Program-made: the position numbers and the translations under genes
Notes under the pieces: generated by a model
Databases searched by the model: none
Seen by the model: only the letters and a program-made list of their open reading frames with translations
What the model was told of the DNA's origin: nothing
Shown here: in pieces, positions 1 to 14,380 of the stretch
Layout of the letters: every line of letters begins with the position of its first letter
Numbering within the stretch: position 1 is the stretch's first letter
Assembly (NCBI RefSeq): GCF_006345805.1
Contig: NC_043001.1
Location: forward strand, 96,720,001-96,784,000
DNA: 64,000 nucleotides
Source: Octopus sinensis
Lineage: Eukaryota
Direction: 5' to 3'

Positions 1-430
1 TTCTCGGTGTCGATGATACTGGTCTGGCCATCGTCTCTGGTTGTGTTAATGACACTGGGATCGTCGATCACCTCCTCTCCGTCGTTGGTACCGCACTGCT
101 CATCTTCTCTGTCTGCAGCGTTTGTACTGGGGTCGATGATCGTTAGAATTGTTGATTCCACTACTGTCATCACCTCCGGGGCCATCATTGTAGTTGGGTG
201 GTACATTGAGGGCAATGTGATTGCCAGTTCTAGGTGTCACCGTAGCCTCATATGTATCTGCTTCGGCTTCGCATCGGGGCCGTACTACTTCCTTGGTTTG
301 AGTAAGTTATTTAAAATACTATTCATGTTGGGAGTACAACTCAAGGAGACTCTTAGATTTGCCTGTTAAATAAATGCCTAACGCTTCTCTGCCTCCGCAA
401 GGTAAAAAGTTAAATTTTTCTTTGTATAGA
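1..430 (-). pseudogene. Degraded ORF fragment, probably from a Penelope-like retroelement (RT to GIY-YIG linker region)
   Basis: Minus-strand manual translation with one frameshift and stops gives RHLFNR(Q)NLRVSLSCTPNMNSILNNL, resembling the PLE motif HKIFNRNxxKxSYSCxPNMxSI. The same frame is open from 236 to the window edge (acidic, DDPSV...IIDTE). Confidence 0.4.
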
Positions 431-464
431 GTCTGATAAGCTGTATAGAAGGCCGCAACGTTCG

Positions 465-516
465 TGGATACGAAACAATTGATGACTCAGACCAAACTTT
501 AAACATATGTTTTAAG

Positions 517-588
<72 letters not shown>

Positions 589-638
589 TAAAACATATGT
601 TTAAAGTTTGGTCTGAGTCACCAATTGTTTCGTATCCA
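465..638. repeat. 53-bp inverted repeat flanking a (TA)n tract (near-perfect hairpin)
   Basis: 465-517 is the reverse complement of 586-638 with one mismatch; the spacer is (TA)n. Confidence 0.95.
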
Positions 639-778
639 GTTTATGTCATATCTATGCATATATCTATCTTTATGAATATATGTGCATATATATATATATA
701 TTCAAAATGTGACCACGTGTGTACCGTTGGCGATTTTTTTCCTCCGTCTTCCCTTCCTTGGACCTTTCCTTTTCCTAT

Positions 779-813
779 GTTTTTGACGAAGAGCTCTGCT
801 CGAAACGTTAAAT
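779..813 (+). ncRNA. Minimal hammerhead-like motif with mutated core (U3), probably a PLE terminal-repeat relic
   Basis: GTTT TTGACGA A GAGC TCT GCTC GAAA CG T T AAAT: 4-bp helix II, palindromic ACGT helix III, weak helix I; C3 replaced by T. Confidence 0.5.
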
Positions 814-911
814 CCTCCTTCTTTCTTTCCTTTCCCGAGCGTCCAATAACACTATACTTGTTCCATGTCCTCGCGTTGTTGTGTTGTCTCTTTGTGTTTT
901 CATGTTTGGAT

Positions 912-950
<39 letters not shown>

Positions 951-1699
951 GTGCCATTGAGTTAATATTATGCAACTAGATTTTGTTTGTAGTGTTTGTT
1001 CGTATTGGCAAATTAGTAAGTCTAATCATGATTATTTTAATTCTTATTGAGTATTCGCGTCAATCGATTTGCATAAAAGAACATATTTGCGCATAATTGT
1101 GATGAATTGCAGTTGGCACTACGTACAAACGCATGAGCGCGTACACACACACGCGCACCGAAGTACATACACGCACAAACGCACATACTCACACACACAC
1201 GCACTCACGTATTTCATTAAAATAAATTATCTTTTGTCCTAAAATTTCCTCTCCTTGAAGAATAAAAATCCAGTATAAATGTGACCAATGGTTTCATGTG
1301 AAAACAACATCACAATTGTTCAGTCATGCCATATCGATGTGTTCGGTACTAGTCTCCATCACGCGAACATTAAATTGGATCATAGAATGAAATCAAACTC
1401 CAGAAACCCATAATAAAGAATATTTATCCATCAATGCAGTGTCGAACACTCCTTACTGTGAAGTTAAGTTGGAAATTCCGATCGTCAGTGTAACCTTCAT
1501 TTCATTAAGTTAAACCCAGGCTGACGATTAGCTACGTTGAGTATCACTCATTGCATAACTATTACATCATGACGTTCAGCAAGCAAAATAGCATATATAT
1601 CGTGCACTTTCTCTGTTTCACTTACTCGATTTGGAATTTTTATTCGCATGTGCAGCAGCTCCACTTGCTGACACCCAGTTATATACAAAATATCAGGTA

Positions 1700-2020
1700 A
1701 AAGTGTATAACTCTCGCTGTAGAAGACGGAAACTTTTGAAACCAGTCATAGCAGTTGACGAGGCGTGAGTCTGTGGCTATGACACCGTGAGCAAGGCTCA
1801 GTCTTCTCAGTGGAAGACCCCCGACGCAATTCTAAGATGTTGAGAAATTTCAAGAGAATGCGACGAGGCCGCTCCTCGCTATCCCCACCCCACCCAAAGG
1901 AGTTCCAGGAATGCATCAATCAGGGGATTACTCCGAAAGAGAGATAATACCTAATCGATATGTGTTTTAGTTTTGTTTTTGTAGCACCAGTCTCTTTACC
2001 ATTTGATCAGATTTCACACA
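1700..2020 (+). mobile_element. Mariner transposase relic
   Basis: Frameshift-corrected DGNFLKPVIAVDEA*VCGYDTVSKAQSSQWKTP matches the mariner first-Asp region (TGDExWVYGYDPETKxQSSQW); internally deleted. Confidence 0.75.
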
Positions 2021-2061
2021 CACACACACACACACAGACACACACACACACACACACACAA

Positions 2062-2095
<34 letters not shown>

Positions 2096-3139
2096 ATATA
2101 TATATGAACAAGTATAAAACTGGAAATTTGTAAATGCTCAACCGGTTTCATAGATTTTCCTGATATTCAGAAGTTCAAAAATGTTAAGATGTATAAAGAT
2201 GTGAGGTTACGCTGTCACTTTCTTGAATGGCTCCCATATACTTGAAAATCAGAATGAGTGTGAAACCGGGTGAGCAATTAAAAATAAACCAAACAAATCA
2301 TCTAAAAGACTCCTAGTGAATTTTCAATATCATATTTTCTTTTTTTCTATATCTCTACACTTTTGGAATAAAATAATTTTCTTTTCTCTCTCTCTCGTTA
2401 TTTGTATATCCCCCCCCCCACAAAAACACACACAAACACACACATATGTATATAACATGTCTTATATGCAACAGTTAATATTGACGTGTGCTAAAATATA
2501 TTTGCTTGTATGTTGCTTGTGAGCGAGAACGCGAGAGAAGGAGGGTAATTCAGAGAGGTGGGTGAAAGTTAGTATTGATATCTTTTGAGGAAGTGGGTTG
2601 GGGGAGATGCCAAATAAAGTGATATAATATATTTGTACACGTGCAAGGAATAATATTTTACTTGAGATTTTGTCGATTATTGTCAAAAGTAAACGATATT
2701 TTTAGATTCACCAGTTTTGACAAGCAATCTGAAGTTAATGGAAAATTCACCCTTACGACAAACAGATTTGGATTTATCTCACTTAAATTTTTATATATCA
2801 GGAACAATTAATATAGCAACGGTAGCGTGAGCTACAAGAATCTTTCTAAAATTCATTCTTCCCATTTATTTGATTTCTATTACTTTAATTCGTTTTGATT
2901 AAAACTTTCAAAATTCTTTGGGAAATGTTCCAGGTGCTGAATTATTCTTTTCGTTTTCAGATTGTATTGTCAGTATTTGAATATATTTGATAAAAATAAA
3001 ATAAAATAACTGCGATATAAAAATGAGAAAGAAGCACAGCAAAACTATATAAAAGCGAACTCATATATTTTGTTATTATTTTATTCATTAAGTGTACATC
3101 TATAATTATGTTCTATTTTTCTGTTGCTTTAACTTTTAT

Positions 3140-3370
<231 letters not shown>

Positions 3371-3619
3371 AGATTATTTCATTGTGGGTTGAAACAAACT
3401 CTTTAATATTTTAATATATGAACCTGTTCGTACGATAGTGTAGGTAGTGTCGGCTACGAGACTTAATAGAAGCTAGGTTTGGTCTTGTAGATCTATGACA
3501 AAAATGGATTCCAGCGATTACTGATAATGTATCAAGGACAACATTATACCATATATCTGAAGACCATAGTGTCTTTTAACGTACATTTGGCTTATATTTT
3601 AAACAGAGAGTGAAGGTGT

Positions 3620-3895
3620 GTGTTCTCGTGGTTATGGAGTTGCACCCTTGATCGCAAGATAAGGTTCCGATTCTTGAATCAGGTGCTGCATTGTGTTATT
3701 CAGTAGAGCGCTTTCACGTTGCTCTGCGATCACCTGGACATCTGACATGTGTCGCACGTCAGACGTGTGCCGCACGGACATGTAACGTGTGCCTGCACAT
3801 GCAATGACGATTTGATAGAAGGAGTGAGTTAATGCAGAGCACAAACTTACAATCACTCTAAGAAAATCATCTGAGTAGCTCGTCCAGCAAGAATT
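3620..3895 (+). mobile_element. Old tRNA-derived SINE relic
   Basis: tRNA-like head with B-box-like GGTTCCGATTC. The body GAAGGAGTGAGTTAATGCAGAGCACAAAC...CAGCAA is homologous to the reverse complement of 56535-56800. Confidence 0.55.
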
Positions 3896-6800
3896 TCTGG
3901 AACTTTCACCTGTCGTTTACGATTGGAGAGTTAACTATTTTAAACAGATCGGGAAATCACGTATTTTATACTTCCTTTGCACATGTGTCTTTCTCTTGCT
4001 TTTAAAGACAGTAAAATTTGAACAGAGGAGGCTTAGCTGCTAATTAGAGTGCATCGAACGGTCGCATAGTGAGTTGCTTCTTAATGCATTTGTCGTTGGC
4101 CATGACTCATCATCTAATCTGAATTTGCTTTCGGCAAAGTTTATGAGAAACACAAAATTACATTTCGAGTTAGAGAATTTATCTTTCCTATTCTCAGTCA
4201 ACAAGATTAATAGAATAAAAGATCAGAAGTCGATGTCGGATGGTAAAATTCCAAACCGGCAATGGATATCGTGTCGCCATACGTTTCAATTCGGTTAAAT
4301 TAGACTAAGATTGCAGATTCAATGAAATGTTCAATAAAATATCTGTAAATGAAATAGGAGATAGAAAAATACAAAAGGAATGCAAAATATACGCCATATT
4401 ATACTGAAGTCATATTTTGAAAATTTGTATTGGAACAGCAGAAGGATAAGAATGAAGGAGAAATTGGCAGAAATGTTACTGGTGTGGATAAAATTTAAGT
4501 GCTTATGATATTTCTAGTTAAATTTCCTTAGGTTCTGAGCCCTGACCTAGAGATGAATTTTATTTTCATGGCTTTGGGCACGGTAAAATTAGGATCAGTA
4601 AGGCGCTCTGGTTGATAAAAATGACCGTTCCTTCTTCCGAAAATGCCTGTTCCATGTTATATATCAAAATTTGTGTTAGTTCATTCAGGTTGTATGAGGA
4701 ATTTGGTGATAAGACAAAACTAATGAGATCAAGGAAGGGGCCACTACACAAATGCACATACAGCTGAAAATAGTAACCAACCAGAATTTCCTGAAATGAC
4801 TCAGAAGTAGCAAAGATACAAGGGATAGACATTAATATACACTATTCTTATACAAACCTGATGAATACGCCTGGATTGATTTTGATTATAGATTTGCTTG
4901 GTAAAGATTGACTTAGACTTTAAAAATGATTTTACTCAGAATTAAAGTTCTGGAGTACCTACGACATGAGAAAATCTAAGTCCTTTATATGTTATAATCA
5001 TGAAGATTCGAAAAGACAGGTGAAATAACAAGATCCTAGTACATTCTAGTAAAATGAGAAAATTATAGAACATTGGAATCGTGTCTAATATTTGTAATTC
5101 CTTGCATAGGTACGAGTTTTTCGATGTTGAAACTGGGAATGAGAATGTAAGACAATCTTGCCTTTTTTTTTGTAGAAATAATTTTAACATGTAAAAAGTG
5201 GAACGAATGCTTAAGCTCGGAATCGAAACTGAGATCTAGATTTGTCTTACATGGAATATATCTATGTTCTGTTGCGCTTATCAAATTATTCCATGATTCT
5301 AAAGCTATATGTATTTAATCTCTCTCTTTCTCTCCCTCTCTCGCCCGATGTATATGCATACATATATAATATATATATATATTACACTTTAGCAAGAATA
5401 GTGTTGACAGTAACTTCGAAGTCTCGGCCAGCATCACCTTCGCCGGTCGGTCCCATGAATTCACTGTCTATACTATTCATGTTAAAGAATGATAAATATA
5501 TACGCTACAAAAATATTGAATAATTCTTCAGTATAATGTAAAATTGTTTTTTTAAAAAAAACTCAGTACCAGGGCACGTTTTGAGCATAGATATAATTCT
5601 GGTTATTGAAAGGACAGCTCTCCGTGGGTAAGACTCCAGTATGGTATCATATCCACATCTATTCTCTGTTCTCAGCTACTAAGAAACCTGGCACGGAATA
5701 TTGTGTACAAAATAAAGATATACAATCTATATTGTTTCCTCAGTAAATCTTAGTTGTGTCACATCCCAAGCTGTCCAATATTAATGTTGATTCCCTGGTT
5801 TTGGCTCTCTGCATTTCCTTGAATAGCTTATGATGCATTGATTTACTATCATGCCGAATTTAGGGAGATATTACTAACCTTACCTCGTAGCATTTCTAAC
5901 ATCTCTATGTGTGAGAAACGATAATTATGTAACTCCTGTTTTATGCACATTTTTTCTATCCTTCTTTTGATAGGTATCAAAGTATTTTTATTTTAGGTTT
6001 GAGTTTTCAATAATTACCGAGACTTACATTTATATTTCGAGACATACAGTCTAGAGAATATAAACTTTGATCTAGAAGAAAGAGAGCCCTTTAATTACTC
6101 AGTCAATCAGTTGCAGTAGACTGGTATTAAAACTCATAAAGTTGCAGACCAACACCGGGTATTCAATGAAATATTTGCGGGTACTTATTCATTCTTTGAA
6201 TGTGTAATTGATCTTAAAGATTAAATCAATACCGTTTATCTACTTCTGTACGTCAAACTGTTATCAACGAAAGAACTAAACGTTACTGGCTTTTTCTTTC
6301 TTGGAGGAAGGCAAAATTTATGAGAGAAAAGATAAATTCATACAAATAAAATAACTTTCACATTATACAAAAATTACAAAAAAAAGGCCGAAAAAACTAA
6401 CAAGAAGAAGAAAAGCAAAACAAAATTACCCTCCCATCCTGGCCAGAGTAAAAAAAGAACTGAATTAAACACGAAATGAAAGGTAGGAAGAATAACAACA
6501 TGAACAACAATAAGCAATTTAGAGTAAAATATCACTTCGTTATTTAGATAGATACTCGTTTCATAACGTAAAAATAAAAGTGAAATAAAAGCCAAACGAA
6601 ATAAAAATAAATAAAAAAGGAAGATAAATGCAGATCGTAAAAGAAACGATCAGTTTTGGTCTCTATATAACTGGACCAGAACGAAATTTTGTCTGGCTAA
6701 AAGACCCCGTACTTTGCAGCCATCAAGTTACGTCCGGAACGCTGCATAAATAAAGATGGAAATGTTGTCGCAAAGAATTATGGGATTTTATTTCCTTGTT

Positions 6801-6978
6801 TGCCAGAAAGACAAGTAAAAACTTCATAGTGCGTTCATTATTTCATACTGAAATGAATTATAGTTTTGGTCAAGATTTGCTTCCTTGCACACGGAAAGTT
6901 TCCATTTTAGATTTTTCAATACATCCTCCTCTTTGGATATTTTTCTTTCTTCTTTTCTAGTTGCTGTTATTAATCTAT

Positions 6979-7017
<39 letters not shown>

Positions 7018-7105
7018 GCACGCACACACACAGACATTTATATGTAAAACGTATAATATATATAAAATGTATAATACATATATATATATACATATATAAT
7101 ATATA

Positions 7106-7144
<39 letters not shown>

Positions 7145-7306
7145 TATATATACGCATATACATATGTAGTTATAAGCGCATACATATATATATATATACG
7201 CACGAACGCGCACATACACACACACCTACATAGGTATAAGCATACATGTTAACCATACATATGCATACATCCAATATGTGTGCATGTATGTACGTATATA
7301 TGTACG

Positions 7307-7338
<32 letters not shown>

Positions 7339-8033
7339 ATATACATATATAATATATATATATGTATGTATGTATGCATATATATATATAAGTATGTATG
7401 CATATATATATATATATTATATATATATATATATTATATATATATATATATGTATTATTTTGTCTCGCATAATTCCAGTGGGAAAAGCTAGTTATAATGG
7501 AATCTCAATCGATACTTATATAAACAAGCAGCATAATGATTTGTCCGGCATATACAACATTAATGCTATATTCTAGAGTTGCCGCCATCTTCTTCTAAAA
7601 GGGGCTGGCTTTCTAATGCCACACAACCAACGATGAGGAAATTAACAATTCTAATACTGCAGTAGGAGATCAAAATTACCAATTAAATGCAATTTTAATG
7701 TATAAAAACTCATGTTCCAGGTATAATAATGTTTGATTAATTAACGCAGGTGAAGCTCATTAACAACTTTTTTTGTCATTTTAAATTCATATCATTTTTT
7801 TTAATATTTCACTTGTTTCAGTTTTCGGACTTGCGGCCATGCTGGGGTATCACCTCGAAGAATTTTAGTCGAAGGAATCGACCTCAGTACATGTTATAAT
7901 TAAGGCTGATATTTATTTTATCGCTCTCTATTGCAGAACCACTAAGTTGACGCGCCCTAAGGACACCATCATCGGTTGTGTTGTGGTTGTAGGTGACACA
8001 CACAAGTATACACGCGCACAAACAAATATATAC

Positions 8034-8059
<26 letters not shown>

Positions 8060-8082
<23 letters not shown>

Positions 8083-9329
8083 CACACTTTGAATCCTTAT
8101 CACACATCGTATTCTTCATTTCTTTTCATATCAAGTTCTCCCTAATAATGGATGAAGTACGACTAAGTTTTGAAGAAAGAAAATTTAATATAAAGTGCTA
8201 CTGGAAGCATGTAAACATCATGGAAGCGCAAAGACAATTTTCGAATATAGTTTCAAAGACATCGACCAACGCGATGCACCATGGCTTGCGTCCGAGATAG
8301 GTTTGTATCATATTGAACTGTTCATAACCTCTACAGGGATTGTTTAGGAATACTACGGTCATCAATCAGCCCCGCAAAGGAAAAACAATTGGCGGAAACC
8401 CACTAATGATACCCACATAAATTTGTATGACAAATGACTTGTGAGTCAAGAAGCCCCCAAATCAAGCACCTATAGCATTTTGAAGCCAGTTAATTGGAAA
8501 TGTTACATTCCAGCATTAATCTACGTACTAAATGAAGAGAGGAATTCTGAACTGAAAAACGAATTTTTTTAGTGGTATCAGGTCAAATGCGAAATAGATG
8601 CAGCATTTCTGTTCAAAATTGACTGGAGTGATGAGGCTAAATTTAAGTTAAATGACTCAATTAACTGACCAAATTGCATTCTCTGGGCTCCTGAAAATTC
8701 GCATGTTATTATGGAGCAACATTTGAACTTACCAAGGGTTACAGAGTGATGTTTGAATTTCAGCATTGGGCATCCTAGGGCCATTCGTATTTTTGACCAA
8801 ACTATCTCTCGGGATATTTACCAAAACTTTCTGCAGGAATTCGTCGGTCCAACTGTCGAAGAGTTGTTTGGTGAAGGGGAGATTTACTTTCAGCAAGATG
8901 GATCACTCCTACACTACTATCTTAATGTATAGGCCCATCATGAAACGACTTTTCCAAACGGTTGGATTGGACAAAGAAGTATTTCCTGTCCCTTCCTGTG
9001 CGTTCCCCATATCTCATTCCAAGGGAATTCTTTTTATGGAGATATCATAAGTATAGGTTTTACTACCCCAAATCAGCAAACAGCTGATGGGTTGAAACAG
9101 GAAATTGAAAGACAGTGTCTCGTAGATCCAAATGAAATGATTAATAGTAGTGTGGAATCCATTGGTTAGCGTTATCGGCCGTGCATGCAAAGTGATGATT
9201 GTCACTTTGAGCATTTATAAACATATATTTATCCCTTTTTAAATTTAACCGTTAATCTTGTTTGCAAGTCAATAAAAACAATGCGTTTATTGTTATTTAA
9301 AGAGTGTGCATATCCTTTTGGACATCTTG

Positions 9330-9332
<3 letters not shown>
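8060..9332 (+). mobile_element. Tc1/mariner transposon relic, probably DD41D/rosa type
   Basis: MDEVRLSFEERKFNIKCYWK (N-terminal HTH-like), WSDEAKFKLN, ILGPFVF, YFQQDGS, FPNGWIGQR and C-terminal HFEHL, with frameshifts and stops. TIR-like end TTTTGGACATCTTGCA at about 9316-9331. Family call is from motif style only. Confidence 0.75.
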
Positions 9333-9385
<53 letters not shown>

Positions 9386-9414
9386 CTGACAGTCTGAGAC
9401 AGAGACAGAGAGAG

Positions 9415-9580
9415 AGGAGGGCTTCTTTTAGTTTCCAGCTACCGAATCAACTCACAAGGCTTTGGTCAACCCGGGGCTATAGCAGAAGACTTTTGAACAA
9501 GGTGCCACGCAGTGGGACTGAACCCGAAACCATGTGGTTGGGAAGCAAACCTCCTACTACACACCCACTCCTGCACCTAT
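9415..9580 (-). mobile_element. tRNA-derived SINE (microsatellite-containing family), left arm
   Basis: Reverse complement reads ATAGGTGCAGGAGTGGGTGTGTAGTAGGAGG...GGTTCAGTCCCACTGCGTGGCACCTTG, the same head as 49814. Confidence 0.85.
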
Positions 9581-9582
9581 AT

Positions 9583-10030
9583 ATAAGGTTGGAAACTAAG
9601 TTCCCGCTGTTTTATTAAATAAAAAGTTTTAAAAAGTTTTAATAAAAAATAACAACGAATTAATCAATAATGTAGTCACCCTTGTAGTTTACAACTTCTT
9701 CCCAACCCCCAACAAGATTTTCAATACCTCTTTGGTAGAAACCACCCGATTTCGACTCGAAAAATTGATCCATGCATCAGTATTGAACCAAACTCCGCGC
9801 ATAGCATTTAAAAGAGATCGAAAGCGGTGGAAATCCGTTGGTGCCAAATCAGGAGAGTACGGCGGCTGTGGCATCACTTCCCAGCCATGCGTTTGAATGG
9901 CTTCTTTGGTCATATTGGCGATATGAAGGCAGGTGTTCTCGTGCAGCAGAAGAACTCCATGCTGTCGATTAGGTCTTTTCTCTTGAATAACCATGTTGAG
10001 TCGTGTTGAGCATAGCGTTCCGTGTTGACC
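9583..10030 (-). mobile_element. Mariner (DD34D) transposase 3' fragment with terminal inverted repeat
   Basis: ORF 9689..9994: LLHENTCLH...WEVMPQPPYSPDLAPTDFH; TIR-like end followed by TA at about 9583. Confidence 0.85.
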
Positions 10031-12240
10031 GTTTGCTTCCTAGCATGTAGGCGATTCAGACTTCACATAGAAGCCGTTATTGAAGCTAAAGAAGACTTTA
10101 TTGAATAAAATGACGAAACAATATGCTTATTCTTATCCTAAAAACATTTTTCAGTAAAAGAGAGTTATTATCTGCTTCTAAGAGTCGTAAGCACATGGTT
10201 CCGTATTCAACCCCACTCCACTGCGGGGCTAGTAATCTCTGCTGTAGACCCGGGTCGATTGGCTAATACCTTACGAGTGGATTTGGTACATGAACTCTGA
10301 AAGAAGCAGCCATATACACACAAACACATGCACACAGACACACACAGAGGCACAGACACATACACATACACACACACATATACACAAACAATCACACAGA
10401 GCCTACATTTTCCTTTGTCCTATCGACTTTATCTGATAATGAAGGGAAGTCAGAAAATCTTCTCCCTCACTGTATAAATTTTCCATTTGCGACTTGATTT
10501 CTGCCATTGATAACGGCCGCATTAACATTCGCACATTTGACGAAATAGATGCTCAGGGGTCAGCTGATGGCATCCGTATCGAAGTAAAATAATTTGAAAC
10601 ATCAGTTGATGATATCTCTGCTGCTTAAGGATTAAATTATACAATGTCTTGGAGATAAACAAGCGAGAGGGTTTGCATACTTTATAGCAGCCATTTTGTT
10701 ATATTATTTCTTTAAATCAAAATCATACGGATATTGATTTAGTACTCATTATATACAAATCAGCGATATAAATTACTGAATGAAACTCGGGTGACACATA
10801 TTACTTTCGTCTAGTTTCTTTACATAAAGCTGTTATAACTTATCCAAAGAAATGTATATTTTGATGAATTGTTCATACCCAAGGATATATAAAGATGCTT
10901 ATGAAAGAAGATAAAAGAATCTTGTTTGCTTTCTGATGAGCTAATATTTTTATAAAACCTAAAGCTATACAGAATGATTATATTTGAAGCCTGTGGGTGT
11001 TTGTGTGTATTAAATAGTGATAAATTCTCTTCTCTTTCATCAGCCTCCATTTCGATAGAATTTTACGACACAAACATCTTATTGAAGACGTCTAGTTAAA
11101 TTGAAGTTCATCCAGTAATATATTCTTAACAAGAAGACTTCAGAGGATTTGAATTCGTCTTTTTTTTTAACTACTGGTGCAATACCAAACCCACTTATTC
11201 AGGTACTTCTTAGAATACTGATAATACAGGTCAGATAGAATTTAACATAGCTCTCTCTACTAGCAAAATTGTACTTATTCACACTGTTTACAGTTACCTT
11301 GTTTGAATGAATAACAACATAGTGCCGTTGACACGAAGTAATTTTCACAATGTCTCGATCCCTTACATCCAATCGAATTTTCCAAAAGTAATGAAATCGA
11401 TGAAATCTTCAACATATGTAACAAACAGTACATACTTTTGACATGAATCATACATTTTTATATTTGATAAATTTACAGGTTTTTCGTCTATTACTGCAGC
11501 AAGTATAAGCAAACAACAAAATGCCATAAGTCATATTTACTATGTGAAATTCTCATATTTTTTTCCATATACTCAAAGCAACATGTGACAATGTTTCTAC
11601 ATTCAGTGAATATCTCACAGCTTTCTCATTCCGCGTTGCAACTATATAGAAGAAAAAATTAAATAAATCATCTTATAAAATCGCTTTACGGCTATATGTT
11701 CTCTATTCTTGTAAACTTGTTTATAAGTTTCGTATGATATTGATACTACTGCAGAACACCAACAAATAACGGAGCAAAGTTACAGTATTCTTCTGTTAAA
11801 ATACATTAATGCCTAGATGTTAACATGAAGATTTATCGACCACAGCGCTCGACAGGTACTTTATTTTGTCGACCTCAGAAAGGTGAAAAGTATTGTTGAC
11901 GTCAGCATGGTTTGAACTCAGAACAAAAAGAAACTAACTAAATACTACAGAGTATTTTGTCCGAGGGTCTTCTGTTTCTGTCAATTCGTCCCCGTTTCTG
12001 CAGAAACATAGGTTTCTTGCAAAGAAGCGGTTTCAAATATGAAACAAAAAACGGAAAGAATAATGCCTGTAGTTTACAATTGTCAAAAGTATCATTGATA
12101 CAAAGAATACGGAGTTTTAACTGAGAATCGAAAGCATATAAAACATTTCGAGAAATAATAAATGAAATTACAATAATTTATAATACATGTAACAGAAAAT
12201 ATTTAAAATAGTCAAAAACAGAAAAGCTTGAATTTCACAA

Positions 12241-12457
12241 ATACTCTTTTACTCTTTTACTTGTTTCAGGCATTTTAGTGTAGCCATGCTGGAGCACCAC
12301 CTTTAGTCGAGCAAATCGACCCCAGGACTTATTCTTTGTAAGCCTAGTACTTATTCTATCGGTATCTTTTGCCGAACTACTAAGTTTCGGGGATGTAAAC
12401 ACACCAGCATCGGTTGTCAAGCGATGTTGGGGGAACAAACACACACACATAAACACA

Positions 12458-12499
<42 letters not shown>

Positions 12500-12655
12500 T
12501 ATATACGACGGGCTTCTTTCAGTTTCCGTCTACCAAATCCTCTCACAAGGCTTTGGTCGACCCGAGGCTAGAGTAGAAGACACATGCCCAAGGTGCACGC
12601 AGTGGGACTGAACTCGGAAACATGTGGTTCGTAAGCAAGCTACTTACAACACAGC
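12241..12655 (-). mobile_element. tRNA-derived SINE with internal (CA)n/(TA)n and CR1-like tail
   Basis: Homologous end to end to 49814-50252 and 36201-36660. Confidence 0.9.
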
Positions 12656-14066
12656 ATAATTGTATTGTTCTTTGTAACTGTTTCAACAGATGGAGTAAAA
12701 AGCATTATCTTGTATATATTATGTAATTAACGTATATATTTAATGTATACGATGGAGTATATATATGTCGGCAATGGAAACATTAAATGTAAATGTACAC
12801 AAAACCATTACACAAAGCATATCTATACAGTAACAGTTGAAAAAAACATGCAAGATATTTCAGTAACGTGTAGGTGGTTTTCCCCCTTTATCTCTCTTCC
12901 CTTGTTCCCTCCACTTTTAGAAGAAGAAAAGAAAGAAATGGAACGTCTATAATTTTCTGAAAGAATTTTGATAAAAGAATTTTAAAATCCCGAGTTATGT
13001 CGTGCTGAAGAGTCCAGAAAGAGGGATATTTTCCCTTTGACCAGCAGATTTTTAAAATATTTTCTTGGTAACTAAACACTTTTAAACTTCGTATACTGGC
13101 AGAATGTGTTTATAAAACATCTTTTTGTCTTGGCTTTCTTGAGAAAATTCTGTAGTTTGTAAGCTATTTGTTGTTTAATTTCTTGCATTTCGGCAATTTC
13201 AACCAAACAATGACATCTATTGAGGGGAATACAATTTCTGCCGTAGTGTGTCAACAGCAATTATTTGCGGTATCATATGAATTTATCAAAGCGAAAAGAT
13301 CCCAGAAAGAGGACTACCTGGGAGTTTAAGCAGTTTTTCTCATCGAAAAAAGAAAAATAGTAAATACAAATATATGTATGCTGTTTTAAGTTTTAATATT
13401 TTTTTTTCAAGAGAAGCCAAATAAACTTAGAATCGATTCTCTCCCCTTAGGTAGTAATTTCCAGTAATTCCTCCACATGTATTGCATATCAAATGTGATA
13501 GGTTAACTATTTGCTCAAGAGAAAAACACTGAAGACTGGTAAACAAAATACGTTTAGTGTTTAAAGTATGACATAAACGAAACAAAATATTTAAGGAAGA
13601 GAGGGCATATATAAGTTGCTACAATCATAGCACTTTCCAAATCTATTAGTTCGTTAACAGAAAAATGATTTGTTATAGACAAAATTGAGGGAAAGACTAT
13701 TAAAACATAACACTGACATCCCAACTTCTATACTGCATTGCACTAACTTGGCACGTAAACATTTAAATAATTAAATCTTTCATATCTCCATAAGGTGGAA
13801 ATTTAAACCCACGAACATTTAAAAAAAAAATTGCTAAAAATATTTCTTTAAATATTTAAGTGAGGAAGATTTTTGAAGATATACACTATAGTATAAAGGG
13901 ATATTTTCTCTAACTTATCTCCTTCACTACTGAATTTTGTGTTATCGCTGTGGCAGATGTTTGAAATATATAGAAATATGTTGCAGTCGAATTAGGTGAA
14001 TAAATTATTGTAGTTTAAAAACAAAAATTCCTCTTAGGTAGTGGTAAATATAGTTATGTTTTACAG

Positions 14067-14380
14067 CATAGGTTCTCAAAGTGGGCGCTACAGCTCCCCC
14101 ATGGGTGTTGAGACGTTCCAGGTGGGCACTGGTGCCTAAGGGGGTGGTAGAGAAAAAGGAGGCTTTGGGAGGAAGGCAGTGAATAGGGGGATGCTATGAA
14201 TATATTATAATATTATAGCATTGTATACAAATTATATGATATTATATTAAATATCAAATGATTCATGATATATAAAAATTAGTAAAATATAAAATATTTA
14301 TTTATACATAAAAATAAGGTTTCGGCGCTGAGGGTATTATGTGGCAATGAGGGGGTGGCTCAAGTGTTTGAGAACCTCTG
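14067..14380. mobile_element. Non-autonomous hAT (Charlie-like) MITE
   Basis: TIRs CATAGGTTCTCAAAGT and TGTTTGAGAACCTCTG; perfect 8-bp TSD TTTTACAG at 14059-14066 and 14381-14388. Confidence 0.92.

Noticed and set aside
7-369. 120-aa plus-strand ORF
   Set aside because: Looks like the antisense shadow of the minus-strand reading; no recognisable motif.
430-463. Hammerhead-like CTGATAA...CGCAACGTTC
   Set aside because: Both core segments are mutated and helices I and II are not convincing.
10470-10590. Short protein-like frame (YKFSICDLISAIDNGRINIRTFDEID...)
   Set aside because: About 40 codons, with no good splice acceptor and no recognisable family.
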